Shown here: piece by piece, positions 13,927 to 28,179 of the stretch
Layout: the number at the start of each line of letters is the position of its first letter
How positions within the stretch are numbered: position 1 is the first letter of the stretch
Notes under the pieces: generated by a model
Told to the model about the DNA's origin: nothing
Database searches by the model: none
The model's input: only the letters and a program-made list of their open reading frames with translations
From: Octopus vulgaris
Taxonomy: Eukaryota
DNA length: 64,000 nt
Direction: 5' to 3'
NCBI GenBank assembly: GCA_951406725.2
Contig: OX597823.1
Location: 45,694,001 to 45,758,000 of the forward strand
Position numbers and translations under genes: made by a program

Positions 13927-14270
13927 CTCTGCTCCCCATCCAAAGATGGTAAATTCATATTAAATGTTAAGCTTACTTAAAAATATAATTATGGATCATA
14001 ATGGGAAACAAACTTTTCTCATCCCAATGATGAAATATTGTAGCAGCTGTTCCGAGATATCCCTTTAGATCATATATCTATTTGCTATTTGCATCGTGTA
14101 TACAAGCAGATGGCAGATTCAGTGGGTGAATGTCAAAAATAGGAAATGATGTTGAGTGACATTTGGTCAGTACTCATACAGCTTAATATCTGGTTTTACA
14201 CCCATCCTAAGAAATATATTCCTTCTTTGTAACATTCAACTCTCTGACTAGCCTCTTATTTCGCCCATTA

Positions 14271-14758
14271 CACTGTGTAACAAAATTTTTATCATATTTT
14301 TTTTGTCTTTGGTCAGTAAGTGTTTTTCCCTGCTGGTTTCAACTAGAAATCAAATTGAAATGACTACTATTCCCTTCAAAGTTTGCTTTTGTGACCTGGA
14401 CATCAATGTTTTGAAACTGACCTATTTTCCATTACATTTCAGACTGATTCATCTCTGAGTTGCTGAAGCAGAATTGTTATAACAAATATTTTGCTCACTA
14501 TCATAAATTCATTTGTCAGTTACTTGATATTAACCACTTGAGCTTGTCCCTTAGTAGCTAACAATATGTGCATCTCTGGTCCTGAGCAGGAGTAGTAAGG
14601 GAGCTTCATAGACATGTATTGCGAGGGATTCTTTGGGGTTTGAATGAATGTAACAAAAGCAAAGTTTGAAGGAAGTATTATCCATTTTTTATACTTTCTA
14701 GGGGTAACAAATAGGAAATAACAGTTGTTACCTAGGGACAAAAATCGTGTTACACTGT
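14271..14758. mobile_element. non-autonomous TIR element (Tc1/mariner-type MITE) with long imperfect inverted ends
   Basis: GTGTAACA..ATTTTT at both ends in inverted orientation, flanked by TA; inner inverted match CTTCAAAGTTTGCTTTTGTGAC (14374-14395) vs 14650-14671, 20/22. Confidence 0.6.
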
Positions 14759-14917
14759 TATTCTAATTTATTGTCGTCACCTCATTTCCCTACATCTTTG
14801 TATCTATATTCTGTCTGCTACTTCTATAAGATTTATTTCTTCTTATTCACTCTTGTTAGTGAGAATGTGTATGCATACATTTGTTGAAGATTTATATTTT
14901 GAAACTTGTAAGTGCTA

Positions 14918-15124
14918 CAAAGTTTGGCACAAGGCCAGCGGCTGGAGAGGGGAAGTCGATTACATCGACCCCAGCATTTGAATAGTACTTTATTTTATCG
15001 ACCTCGAAAGGATGAAAAACGAAGTTGACGTCGGTGGTATTTGAACCCAGAGCATAAAGAGTCGGAAGAAATGTCGTTAAATATTTTGTTTGACATGCTA
15101 GCGAGTCTGCCAGATCGCAGCCTT
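14918..15124 (-). mobile_element. SINE family 3 (Meta-domain-like)
   Basis: Colinear similarity to the 6097 and 38489 copies. Confidence 0.85.
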
Positions 15125-16261
15125 AAATTACTACCGAAAAGTAATTCTATTTTGATAGTATGATATAATCTGAGGAAAATCTGTTTACACCCACGGAAAC
15201 AGAGATTAAGTCAGATCAAAGTAGCATGAAATGTGCATGTTTATTTTTCATATTGTGAAAACTTGTTTTGCCTTGCAATTTGCTTTGATACTACACATAT
15301 TTTGACCTTGCATTTTCAACCATGGTTTCTAGGGAAAGCAATAATTTAAAGTAGAAGCATGCGACCCTTTCAGTATACCAGAACCGGAATTCATAAGGAA
15401 ATTAGTGGCCGTTCTCCGATAGTGAGAATTAGTTATAAGTAGACAGTTTTGAATATACACAAGTCTAAGACCAAACTGTATTTTTTCTGAAATATGATAA
15501 TGGCGCAAATTCTATTAATTAATCATTGTTGGTTGGTGCAAGGAAATATATGAGAATTATAAAAAATACGAATTTTGAGTGAAGGTAGTAACGAAGTGAC
15601 TTATTCATCATCGATTCTGTAGCCTCAATGTCCGTGGGGAAGAAATTCAAAGTGTTACTGTGAAACTAGCGAGCACATGGGCATCAAAAATTTTGGAAGG
15701 TAGAGATAGATAATTATAACGATTTTAAAATTACCATAGAATAGTTGATGAAATTAGCCATACTGAAGAAGCTCACGCATCAGCTGAGTATCTCGAGCCA
15801 TTCAAAAAGAAATAAATTTCTTAAGTGTGAAATGTACATAATTTCTCAAGCCAATAGCGGTGTGAAATTGGTTTGTATTAGCAGTCAGTATTCTGAAATA
15901 CTCAAGCTTTTTAGAAGAAAAACCTCGACACCTGGTCGTTAGAAACCTTCTACGGTGTTGTGAGAATGTAGGCATACATCTTTTAGAGTTAGTGGTAGTG
16001 AGGTGGCCAGAACAATTGCAAGATTTGAAAGAAATATTGCATCAGCTACCAGACAATTATTTCCATTTAAAGAAATAATAGTTTAGCTTACATATCTTTA
16101 ATGCGTGATTTTTCGCGCACCTCATTCCAGATATGTGAAAATATCCGGGAGATATCTTTACAAGAGAAACTTAAAAGATTCTAGCAGAACACAAATTCAA
16201 CAAAACAGATCACAAAGCAACGTTCAGTATTGAGAGTTCAGTGAGAATTTATCTTTTATCA

Positions 16262-16593
16262 TCTCATACTCATTTCAGTCATTGGATTACGGCCATGCTG
16301 GGGCACCTCATCGAATGGTTTTAGCTGAACAGCTCAACCCCGGACAAACTTTTGGATTTAAATCTGGTATTAATGCTATCAGTCTCTTTGTCACACATCC
16401 TCACCAGACGGTGGGGTTATGAAACAAATACAGATACAAACACACACATATACTCGACGGGATTCCACACAGTCTCCGTTTGGCAAATTTACTCACAAAA
16501 CATTGGTTAGCCCGGGGCTTTAGTAGAAGAGATTTTTCCAAGGTGCCGCGAAGAGGCTTCAAAGCGAACTTCTTACACAGTCATACCAGAGCC
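16262..16593 (-). mobile_element. degenerate SINE family 1
   Basis: TTTCAGTCATTGGATTACGGCCATGCTGG tail and CCAAGGTGCCGCG segment, as in the 4164 copy. Confidence 0.75.
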
Positions 16594-17084
16594 TATCGTT
16601 AATTCGAATTTCAATCTGGATCTTTTACATTATTTTTCAGCACATTAAGTCCCAAACTTGCCATTTGGTGTGCTTTTACCACTTAGGGAGTCCGAAACTA
16701 GTAGGGTGGATGGGGAGGAATGGAATAAGCTATCCTCAAACTGGAAAGCTGACCCAAATACTCTCAACCGAGTGGCCTCTGTTAAAAGTATCCAAGTGCT
16801 GATGTTATCCTAGACTGTGACTTAAGACTGTGAATAATATCATGTTTGACGATTGATTTATTAGTAATGATTTGACAATTTCAGTGTCAAACGGTTATTA
16901 ATCAAACCAACAAAGTTTACTGAATTAAACAGCTAACTGGTCACCAATGCCAGTTACAATACTCATGGTCTAGAGAGGTCAAACGCCCAAACCAGAAAAC
17001 ACTAACAATTAAATATCCCATGGTATTTGTTACACTTGAAGAAGTCCATGATCCATAAAATCTCCCGATAAAATAAGAGCAGTG

Positions 17085-17230
17085 GATTGCACGCATCGTT
17101 AGAACATCAGTTTTTGTACCAGCTTTCGTTTGAGTTTTTCATATTCTAAACGTAAATCATACGGAGATCAACTATGCATTTCATACTTCTGGGACGATAA
17201 AACATAGTAGCAGTGAAGTAATAGGGTCGA
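17085..17230 (+). mobile_element. highly degenerate SINE family 3
   Basis: ATCGTTAG..., GCATTTCATACTTCTGGGACGATAAAA..., GGGTCGAT in family order. Confidence 0.5.
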
Positions 17231-18049
17231 TTTCATATCATACTGTTCTGTACTAGCATGCCGTGGACTAGCAAGGCGCAGTGCAGTCCAAATCCTCGCC
17301 TAACCCTGAGACTTCGATGACAAATAACGCTTACGGGTAAATCGGAGTATACTGACCCAACATCAATATCTATCTTTAACACTCTATATTGCGTACAGCA
17401 ACACGACACACTATTAAAAGGAATAATGCGAAAAAAAGAAAACGTATTCCGATAAAATATGCATCAAGAACGTCTCCTCTCCACCACCAAAAGCAAAAAA
17501 ACAAAAACAAAAACAAAAACAAAACAAAAAACAAAAACAAAATGAAGGAAAAACGAACATTGAAAGTTTGCTAAAACTTGAGCGATAAGATGTGAACAAT
17601 GAAAGTTTGGAAAACGCCGTCCAGGAATATATTCAACGCAACAGCATCTTTTAAAGTTAGTTAACCAAACATTTCGTCTTCCTGTTTTACAGCAGTACAT
17701 TCAAGAATCGTGCCAAAAATTTCCCTTATTGATTCAACACGTTTTCTTTGTCCCTTAATTTAATCTCTGTCAACTGCACATCTAAAATTAGAATGTTTTA
17801 CTAGTCTTCACTCTCATTGGTAAACTTTTAACATTAACGACTGGGTTCTCTCTTGTAAGCTCTAAAATTAAACAAAAGCATCAATATTAGCTCCACTGTG
17901 AGAAGGTCAATAAATGCGAATCGTGCATATCAGTCTATGTAATTCTTCACACCGGAATCAATTTTTATTGTAACCAATCAGATACATTCTTTGAGAAAAA
18001 CAAGGATAACAACTTGTAGCACACTGCTTGGAAGATGATTCCATATACT

Positions 18050-18231
18050 GGTTTCACATTTTGGCAGAATGCCAGTAATTCCGAGGGAGGAGAGCTAGTC
18101 GATTACATCGAACCCAGCGATAAAAGACAAAGTAGACCTCGGCGGAATTTGAACTCAGGACGTAAAATTCGAACGAAATGCCGCTAAGCGTTTTGCTCGG
18201 CGTGCTAGCGATTCTGCCAGGCCGTTGCTTT
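18050..18231 (-). mobile_element. SINE family 3 with internal deletion
   Basis: GACCTCGGCGGAATTTGAACTCAG and GCTAAGCG..CGGCGTGCTAGCGATTCTGCCAG match the family. Confidence 0.85.
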
Positions 18232-18472
18232 AATGCAGCCAGCTAAAAATCTTGCTATCTTGATTGCAACCGAAATGCTAATACTAACGTATAAATGCTC
18301 ATATTTATAGAAATCACCGTCGCTTTTTATGAAAAAAAAAAAAATAGAAATCGTAATTGGAACATTTGTACATTTACACAGACACGTAAAGCTAAAAATT
18401 CCTAAATAGATTCAAAAACATGCACACACAAACACATACACACATAAGCACGTACTCACGTACACACATATA

Positions 18473-18537
<65 letters not shown>

Positions 18538-19014
18538 ACAGAGACACAGAGAGGCATCTAAAAAATCTTTCGTTTTAATTATACGACATTTGAAATAGTT
18601 TAGGGATGTTATTGTGATGAACGTAATCCACAAGATGTTTGCAGATATAAAATTGCCGATAATATTCATAGGAATAAAAAACAAGTTGACTGAGTCTAGC
18701 TTTTCACTAGTTTGACATCATAGAAAATGTCCTTAAAAAAGAATATAACTAAAAAATAAAATAAAAATTTTAAATTTGTTTACTAATCGACTCAACTTGC
18801 CACAGAAAAAGACAAAATGAAAATAAATGAAAAATAAGATTTGGAATGTAAAATAGTAAGAAATTACAAACTGTGGAATACTTTGACCTCCCATATAGGC
18901 TTCAACCCAAACATTTTCCCTCGAGCAGTATTTCCCTTACAGGCTACACTTAGAAATTTAAATTACTGATAACCACATCATTTAATGTAAGGTATACTAG
19001 CCATCTCAATATGG

Positions 19015-19195
19015 CTAACCACTAAGTTACTGGGACGTAAACACACCAACACCAGTTGACAAGCAGTAGTGAGAGACAAACGCAAACACAAAGATATACG
19101 CATACATACATATAAACGTACATACACACATACACACACATACATACATATATATAAATATATAAATACATACATACATATATATATATACATAC

Positions 19196-19263
<68 letters not shown>

Positions 19264-19327
19264 TTATTATATATATATATATTTATTATATATATATATG
19301 TATATGTATATATAAATATATACATAC

Positions 19328-19374
<47 letters not shown>

Positions 19375-19430
19375 ATATATATACACACAGACACACATAT
19401 ATATATATGCATATATATACACACAGACAC
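19015..19430 (-). repeat. SINE family 1 middle fragment followed by expanded CA/TA microsatellite
   Basis: CTAAGTTACTGGGACGTAAACACACCAACACCAGTTGACAAGC matches the family-1 body; ~330 bp of TA/CA follows. Confidence 0.7.
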
Positions 19431-20519
19431 ACACAAGTAGAACGGAACAGGAGGGTTAAGAGAATAATGACGATAGTGTTTGTGTGTGTGTATGTGTGGG
19501 TGAAGTGTGCGCATGCCTGTGTGAATGAGATCATTGTTACAATATACATGTTGAAAATAGATCCTAGTAAGTAGGTCAATTAGCACCTGCAACACCATCA
19601 GTAATTTCCCTGCGAGTAAGAAATGCAATTAGCATCAGCACTTGCGGAAGCAATAGAGCTTGTCATCAGCACCACAGCACTGATGTATAGTTAAAGCAAA
19701 GACATTTATAAGACCTTGTGAAGATGTTCAGTGTTACTATTAGAACATTTTGCGATGTAAATTACACTTTTCGTATTTCTTGTAATACATATTCATAACT
19801 CGTATTTTCTCCAGAGTTTCAGACTTTGAATAACATTCGTTTAAAAATGCTTATTAATTGCCTTAGTGAAACGATGGCAACAGAAGTTCAACATCAGACA
19901 TGAAGTAACCAATGAAGTAAACAGAAATCAACAACAGCAATAAAAACAGTGAGTATTATAATTGGACATAGAAAACAGAAGAAGCATTTGTTTGACTACT
20001 ATTAATGTTTTATGGGAAAGACTTAAGGAGTTGTGTAGATTTTCGCAGGTGCTTCTCCGGGAAAGTGATGGCAAAATAAATATTTATGAATAAAATATTA
20101 GATGATATTTTCAAGTGAAACAACACCTGATATTTATTCAACCCTTTTACCTTCATATTCTTTAGTAACAAATTCAAGGCAACAATGGACAAATAATGAG
20201 GAAAAGTAATTAAAGTGCCGAAAAGAAGAAGCGATATGTATTCAAACACTGAAACACATCAGTCGGTCGATGCATATATCGAAAGACCAAGAAGTTAGAG
20301 TATATCTTCCGAGTTGTATGCCACACCATCCATCCATCCATCTAAAAATACCCAGGTGATGTTGAAATTCCAATGAAGGAGCCTTGGATCTAGGTAGAAA
20401 CATGTTCTTTACCTATCGGCAAGAAATCTTGAAATAAAACTGAATATTGACAAGCATACATAAATACATACATACATACATACATACATAAATACATACA
20501 TTCATCCATTCATTCATAC

Positions 20520-21250
20520 ATACATTAAAATTAAAAATGAAGCAGTTCACTGGGTAGTTAGTACGTGGTTACTTGGTACAAAAAACACGAACTATAGAAG
20601 GAATTGGTCATGTCAAGAGCTTGGCAAGGGGTACCAACAAGTTTATGGTATCCTGCTTTGAAGGCTACCTCCATTCAATTCAAGAACAAGAGACCCCCCC
20701 AGCAAATACCAACAGTATAAGCGGCAGGAAAAATTAACAGACAACAAATGTAGGCTATGCGAAACCCAAACCCAAAAACTTCAACCACATTATTGCGAAC
20801 TATGAGAGAATGTCTTCCAAATATTGTCTTTCCATGAGGCATAATGCAGTGGTCAGTACTGTCTGGAACAGAAAAGAAAAAAAACGAAAATACCTACAGA
20901 ATTTGACTATATCGAAACCTATAGGTCAAAAGAATAGTGGTGGAACTTAAAGATTATAACAGCTACCAAGTTAAAACACAACCGGCCAGATAATGTTGTG
21001 TGGGACTACAAAGAGACGATATGTTCTGTTGTGGAAATCGGATGCCCTCTGGACACTAATGTGGTTTGGAAAATACAAGAGACCATTAATAAGGAGTTTG
21101 CAAATCCAATAACAAAGATATACTTTCAACTTCATACCTATTATTATTGGAGCAATAGGATATATACCAACCCGTCTGGAGTAAAGTATGGCTTAATTTT
21201 TGATCATGTGGAGAGAGTGCAATTCCTTAATTCATAATCAAAATTTACTC
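20520..21250 (+). mobile_element. decayed R4/Dong-like (restriction-like endonuclease) non-LTR retrotransposon, C-terminal part
   Basis: Decayed frames read FEGYLHSIQEQE, NKCRLCE..NHII..MSSKYCLSMRHN (CCHC knuckle region) and HNRPDNVVWDYKETICSVVEIGCPLDTN (RLE PD-(D/E)xK-type motif). Confidence 0.8.
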
Positions 21251-23051
21251 TAAATAAAAAAGAGAAAGACAACATGCATGTATACATGCACACACATATA
21301 GGTGTATAGAATAAATATGCATGAATGAAATACGAAGATAAATAGGTATAGAAATGCATGTATATGAATAAATATGAATTTAAAAAATAAAGACAATGCA
21401 AAAATATGTTTACGCATATATGAAGCATACAATAAAATGGCGCAAGACCCAATAGTTTACAATAATATTTGAATGTTTATGATTTCCATTTAAATGCTTA
21501 TTAGATAATAGGTGTATGGGAGCCTTTACGAGCTGGAAAACCTTCGGATCATACATTTGGTCCTTCGGAATTCTGGAGCAAAAGAAACAGCTTTTCTGTT
21601 AGACACAAATTGGCTGTTCAGTCTTGACTGGAAGCTTCTATGCAAAATTTAACTCTTAGTAATTTTGAAAACGTCTGGTGTTTCTTAGGAACCAAATATA
21701 TACTTCGATAGGATTGCCACAAATCCTTTCTCTGACTTTATCTAAAATGTTTGTACGATTAAAAAGGTTCCATAAGTATTTCTGATCAAACTTTTGATGC
21801 TCATTACATCAAACGTGTTAATACTAACCTAATTATAATTATTCTTTGGAATGGTATCTCTGGATAATTAACCATAGTCTTTATTTGTTTTCAATTTGAA
21901 TAGATTCTTAGCCAACCGTTTCCATTCAACAGCGTATCGTGGTCTCATAAATTGATTTTTCCTCAGTATCTGACCATAATTCTGATTTATATTTTATATT
22001 AAGGTGAATATATACGAAATATTCACCATTGCCGTTTCCATAATTTTGTGAATAAAACATTAGGATTCGAATCAGATGATTGGTGCGGCTGAACAGATGT
22101 TTGATCGAAGCTGAAAGAACTGAGTATTCCATTAACTTCTGTGTACAGCCAAAGAAATAAACAAGACATCGAAGATAACAGCATTATTGAGAACGACAGT
22201 GACAACAGCCATGTTGGTTACGCAGAAAATAAGGAAAAAAAAGAACAACAAAAAACAGGAGTGACAAGAAAGAAAATACAAAAAGAAACACACTAATACA
22301 AAAAAATAAAAACTTAAACAATATTAATAATTAGAAAAAGAATAATCAAGCATAAATACGTTGCACAAAAATATTAATCACGATCCTGTCTTTTTAAGAT
22401 GACATTTTTGTAGCTTTAAATTTGTTCAATATAACTAATTACTTTTGAAGTTTCAACTAAATACTAGATTCGATAACCTTATGACATTATGTTTCCATGA
22501 CAACGTTAGGATTTTTCTTGCGCATGTCACGTTCTAACCAATTCCGTAAACTTCCCAAACCCCCTGGCGGCTCTCTAACATGTGGTAAGCCAATTCTGTT
22601 GTGAAAAAAATATCAACCATGACAGAAAAGCATCAACATTCGAATAACATTCCATGAAATACAATGGATATATTGTTCAGCGATGAAGTTGTTGAAAAAT
22701 TCTTAGATGAAGTTCACATTGCTGGTGGAAAGTACTAACCTATGAAGGAGAATTAATGAACAAAAATTTACGAAAACGGCAGCAGATTTAGAGTAGCTGC
22801 TATCGTTGTCGTCGTCGGTGATGTTAGAGCTATAGGGTTGGTGACGTTTAGTAGTGGCAGTGAGAGAATTGGGGCGATAGATGTAAAATGGTGTTGGAAA
22901 TGGTAGAGATGATGGCAATGTTTTGTTTGGGCTGAAGTTGAAGTGGTGGAAGTGACTGCTTTAGCTTTTTATTTTTTTTGTAGGGTGTGTATACAGTGTA
23001 AATGATAATGATAATAATACGGAGGTCGTGGTTCGGCTCATGTTGTCGAAA

Positions 23052-23102
<51 letters not shown>

Positions 23103-23370
23103 GAAATATATTTTTGAGAGTAATGAGAGTAAAGTTGTTGATATTAAAGACTATCAAGTTCTTATGTCAGCCGTGTGAGTGAAGTTATTGTTATTGAGAA
23201 GGAACCTAGTAAAATATTTGTGTGCGTATGAACGTGAACGTAACACACGTTTGCTTGCGTGGATGTGAGTGTGCGTATGTGTATGAATGTGTGCGCATGT
23301 GTGTGTATGTGGTATGTGTGTGTGTCTGTGTACGTAAATATATGTGTGTATGTATGTATGTGTATATATT

Positions 23371-23777
23371 CTTTTACTCTTTTACTTGTTTCAGTCATTT
23401 GACTGTGGCCATGCTGGAGCACCGCCTTTAGTCGAGTAAGTCGACTCCAGGACTTATTCTTTGGAAGCCTAGTACTTATTCTATCGGTCTATTTTGCCGA
23501 ACCGCTAAGTTACGGGGACGTAAATACACGACCATCGGTTGCCAAGCGATGTTGTGGGGGACAAACACACACAAAAATATATACACACACATACATATAT
23601 ATATATATACATATATACGACGGGCTTCTTTCAGTTTCCGTGTACCAAATCCACTCACAAGGCTTTGGTTGGCCCGAGGCTATAGTAGAAGACACTTGCC
23701 CAAGGTGTCACGCAGTGGGAATGAACCCGGAACCATGTGGTTGGAAAGCACGCTACTTATCACATAGCCACTCCTGC
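23371..23777 (-). mobile_element. SINE family 1, full length
   Basis: Near-identical to 4164-4587 and 54310-54672. Confidence 0.92.
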
Positions 23778-23783
23778 ACCCAT

Positions 23784-23840
<57 letters not shown>

Positions 23841-25929
23841 TATACATATATATGTATGTATGTATGTATAAACCGTAGAAAGTCAGGGGTTATGACAGGT
23901 AAATATATTTATTCATTCACTTGAAATCCTTAACATTGCACCCTTGTAATTATTTCAGTGTGGAATAAATTATGCTTACATATTTGCATTAATATGCATG
24001 CTATGTATTATACAATACAATTGCATATTCACAAATCATTTTGATCTGGTGATATGATGAGTTAGCTTTCTTTATTTGGAATGATTTTTGAATATCTAGC
24101 TATATTGTATAATACGTAACATGCATATTAGTACAGACATGTAAACATAATTTATTATGCCCTGAAATTATTACTACATGAAGATGGCTGCGAAACGGCC
24201 GTAGTCTTAAGAATGACAAGTGGTTAAATAAATATATCCGCCTCTCATACTTCCTGAATGAATGGAATTATACTTGTAGTGACTGGTAACGATAGGGAGA
24301 AATGAAGATCTGCCGATCGTTTTTATGTGGCAAAGTGGTGAGGGTTACTCTGAAGACATCTGCAGATATGGTAAAGCTCTGCGATTCTATTGGTTTCAAA
24401 AGTAAGAAGTAGGTCCAAACGAATACACAATTTTTCTTCCTCAGTTCCATTGTTTTCGCGGAAAAACAATATTGAATCGATTGAGTACATAAACACGGCG
24501 ACAAAATAAGTACAAAAGCAAAGGTTTGGGGAAGTTCTTAAAGAAATCAGGAAATCGAAAGTTTGCAGGATTCTAAGATAAAAATTCTTACATATGAATT
24601 TTCTAAGGAAGAGAGAATAAAGCTCTGTCGGAGGGGCCTTTAAAGAAGACCGAATCAACTATTCTTCGAGACCAAAGTGATCTCGCAGTTTTGTAAGCCC
24701 AAGATGGTTGTACTTAGTGCACATGGTAGGAGGTCAGTTATTTCTTAACGATCTAAGTTATTGGATAAAGACGTAGTACCAACGAGATTAACGTTGCTGG
24801 TACATAGCCACCCATACATCTCGAGGGCTATTAGGTCTATACACCTTTTGGTCGTTGTAGATCGAAGGGCAGGTAACGTTGGTTTGGAGATGGTTGTATT
24901 AAGGGATACAGACAATCGACCGGGAAGTGGATGAGAAATCAGTTGGCATTGATGTAAACAGCAACGAAGATGGTTTCTTCTGACAAAGCTGTCTATACCG
25001 CTGTTGGGAGAGAGTGAATGGGCTTCCTCAGGCATCTAGAAGTATTGTTGGGAACGTTCAGTTTTGGAGTGCTAGCTCTTATTATACATGTAATCTTTGA
25101 TGCATGCAAGGATTTTGTGACTAGAGGCAAGATATAAAAGTTTCACAAATCCCCATAGGTAATTCTAACTCACAAGTACCAATTGAATTTTTCGAATGTC
25201 TCAATATGGATATAAGCAAAGAGCACCGGGTTATGCATGTCGTATCTCAAAAGTGTATATGTAAGGTCATTGAACAGAGGTAGTTCAAAGTCATCACATT
25301 TTCGACTTGATGGCTTTACAGATACAAGTCTGTCACTTACACAATTAACCCATTAACAGATAAAACATTTAATGATACGTTAGTAAAGACTCTCTTTCTT
25401 TTGAAGATATATTAGTAGTTAAGAGCGATTAAATTCCCAGTATAATAAGAAAAAATACCACTGTCTTTTTTTTTAAGAAAAATGTTTTATAACCGTTTAT
25501 AAATATATTTGACCGAATGTGGGAAGTTTGAGGTTGCTTTCAATAGTAGTTTATGACATAAGTCATAATCTTTTGGAAATCCTTTTAATCTAATTACAAA
25601 TAAAACTGTCTCTTGGCAATCTAATCAGGTGTTAGTATTTGGCACATTTATTAAGATATGAAAAGAAAACACGATAAGCAATCTCTGGTCTTTAATGATA
25701 GTGGATTGAAGGACTCTTAATTGTATCGTATCGAATAAGTTAAAGAAAATAAAAAAGTAAATAAATTGATAAAATATATCACAGCTGAAATGAACTCGGA
25801 ACATGGACAAAAAAATATTAAAACTTTTAGAACTAGTACTCAAATGTTGTTTCTTTCAACTGTTTGGTAGAAATATTACTGTGTACAGGTATAAAGTATT
25901 TATTAAATAATGCCAAGAATAGTATTATT

Positions 25930-26297
25930 CTTTCGTTGGCCTTAATCATTGGAGTGCGGCCATGTAGAGGTGCCTTCTTAAAGGTTTAGTCGATCATATT
26001 GGCACTAGCACTTATTTTAATTATGCAGTTTCTTTTGCCGAACCATAGTGTTATGAGAACATAAACAAAGCAACAACAGTTGTCAATTTGTGACAGATAA
26101 GCACAGTTACATAGGCGTTCACGCGTGCACGTATATAAAACGAGTTTCCGCACAGTTTCTGCTTGCCTAATTCTCTTACAAGGCACTGATCAACCCGAGG
26201 CTATAGCAGGAGACACCTACTCAAAATGTCACGCACTAGAACTGAACCCAGGGTCACGAGGTTCCGAAGCAACCGTTTAAACCACACAGCCATGCCT
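25930..26297 (-). mobile_element. degenerate SINE family 1
   Basis: GCGGCCATG, CTTTTGCCGAACC, CCCGAGGCTATAG and CCACACAGCCA in family order. Confidence 0.7.
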
Positions 26298-26719
26298 TCG
26301 ACTAATATTGTAGATTTTTTTTATGAATATGAATATAATTTGTATCTATTGTCAAAACAGTACTGAAATCATATGAGATTAAGGAGGGTTAAACCAACAT
26401 AAATATATGATGCCTGTATCAAGTTCTTTTTTGCAGTCCTGCTCTCCTTCATGTTAAGTGACTGTTGTGTGGAGGCCCCCCCAGACGATGAAGTAGGCTA
26501 GCCCAATACGTAGATATAGAGGGAGAAGTCTAGACGTCGGGAGTTGAGTTGAGTAGAGATCATCCGAACGTGCGATATAACAGTGGCAACCAGGATTTCG
26601 TAGCACACACAGCCACTGTGTAGTATTGCGACATAACAGTGACATATGAGGTTTTAGTAACTTTTATAATGTCAAAAATATATTCCACTACTTGAAATAT
26701 TTGTATTACTTTTTGTCCG

Positions 26720-26945
26720 AGCAGAACCTCACTAGTTTCCCCAGATTCAATCCTCTATTAATGTATGGCCTTAAGACGTACGATAGAGTTGCAGTATTTT
26801 AACTACAAAGCCATTGATGCTATATATTTAAAATTAACGAGATTTGGTGCTCAGAATCAACCATGAACCATGTTCTCTATTTGGTCATGAATTCCGAAGT
26901 CGTCGAGAAACCTTTATCCCTAATACCGTTACTTCGATGCCATAC
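26720..26945 (+). mobile_element. highly decayed Tc1/mariner transposase C-terminal remnant
   Basis: Resembles WPPxSPDLNPL..VW (CCAGATTCAATCCTCTA..GTATGG) and FRSRRETFI. Confidence 0.4.
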
Positions 26946-28179
26946 ATAGTTGAATTATAGCCGGCATAGCAGGCAAGGCGTTGCTTCATGCAATTAGGAG
27001 CAGTTATCGCAAACATGAAAAATCAACTATACTCGACGAAACTATTTCTCAACAGCTGGTATTGTTTCAATAATGCTGAAAACAGATGTAACCTGACATC
27101 TATCCAATGTGCCAATATTTATACGACATTTGTTTAATAATGTAAATAAATATACAATGTAGATAATGCGATTCGTTTACAAAGGTAGTGATGCTATTTT
27201 AAGCAAAAAGAAAAAAAGAGAAAAAAAAAGAAAGAAAAAAATCGAATTCACTATCAGAGATAATTGTAAAAGATAGAAGCTTTTTGTAAATCCAACAGGT
27301 AATTTATCAAGAATGTTTGAGATCAATGTTGTGACTAAAGTAAACTTTAATCAGTTGATGTTTCGATAGTTGGTTCTCAGTCTAGGTTGGGTATTCATAA
27401 CATTCAGATTTTATGGGGTAAACTACATCATATTTATGAGAGAAATCTACCGCTTTCCCGCCATAATAACGAATCCTTTTATTGTAAATGCAAATATTTG
27501 TAGCACTGGGATCAGAGAAAATATGATGTAGGTGATAAAGTACTATTATCAATAAAATCTGTAGTAATATTTTGTTAGAAGTTATATTTGGTTTTCTTGT
27601 TCTTATATATGTTTTCATGTTCGTATGTATTTGTGAGTATATGTGTCAATAGAATTTAACTTAAACACTTAAAGTGCTGTCTAAATTACGTTTTTCTATT
27701 TGACTTGTCGGTGCAAGTCATAAGCCATTTTCATATTTAGAACTCACACCGCCTGGCCACCATATTGGTTTTATAATATGGCAGCAGTAAACATTTATAA
27801 CCCAGTAGAAGTAGCTGAATCATCTATCGCTTATAGTTATAAGTGAGAAGCAAAGCTATATTTGTGCAATTAAAGCTTGTTATTTTCTGCTACTGGTTGT
27901 TACAGTTGCAAACCTTCCTTCAATAGAGGTCAGGCAAGCGGATGGCTCGAAAATGCCATTAAAGAAAACAATAATCGTAAAAGACACTGATGTGTTAGTG
28001 CAGCCCTTTGTCTCTGATATATTTCTGACGAATCTGTTTTTGTCAATGGATAAATATGAAAGGCATGAATACGAAATATCGAGGCAAGCTGATAAATCAG
28101 TCTTTGATTGAAGCTGTTTCCGTCAGCATCGACGGAAAATGTGTAACATAATGCTCAAACGCACTCACAAACATATACG

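Noticed and set aside
15400-16200. Possible decayed coding or transposon sequence
   Set aside because: No convincing motif in any frame.
19610-19680. CTGATGA motif and a short Cys-rich frame (CCGADDKLYCFRKC*) on the minus strand
   Set aside because: No GAAA or stem III for a ribozyme; the peptide is too short to distinguish from chance.
20365-20412. CCAATGA..GAAACATGTTC as another hammerhead
   Set aside because: Two core mismatches, including essential G5, and no stem I pairing.
24270-25330. Possible decayed L1/Tx1-type endonuclease region on the minus strand
   Set aside because: Only vague motif echoes (e.g. RCIDLIA); not enough ordered motifs to call.
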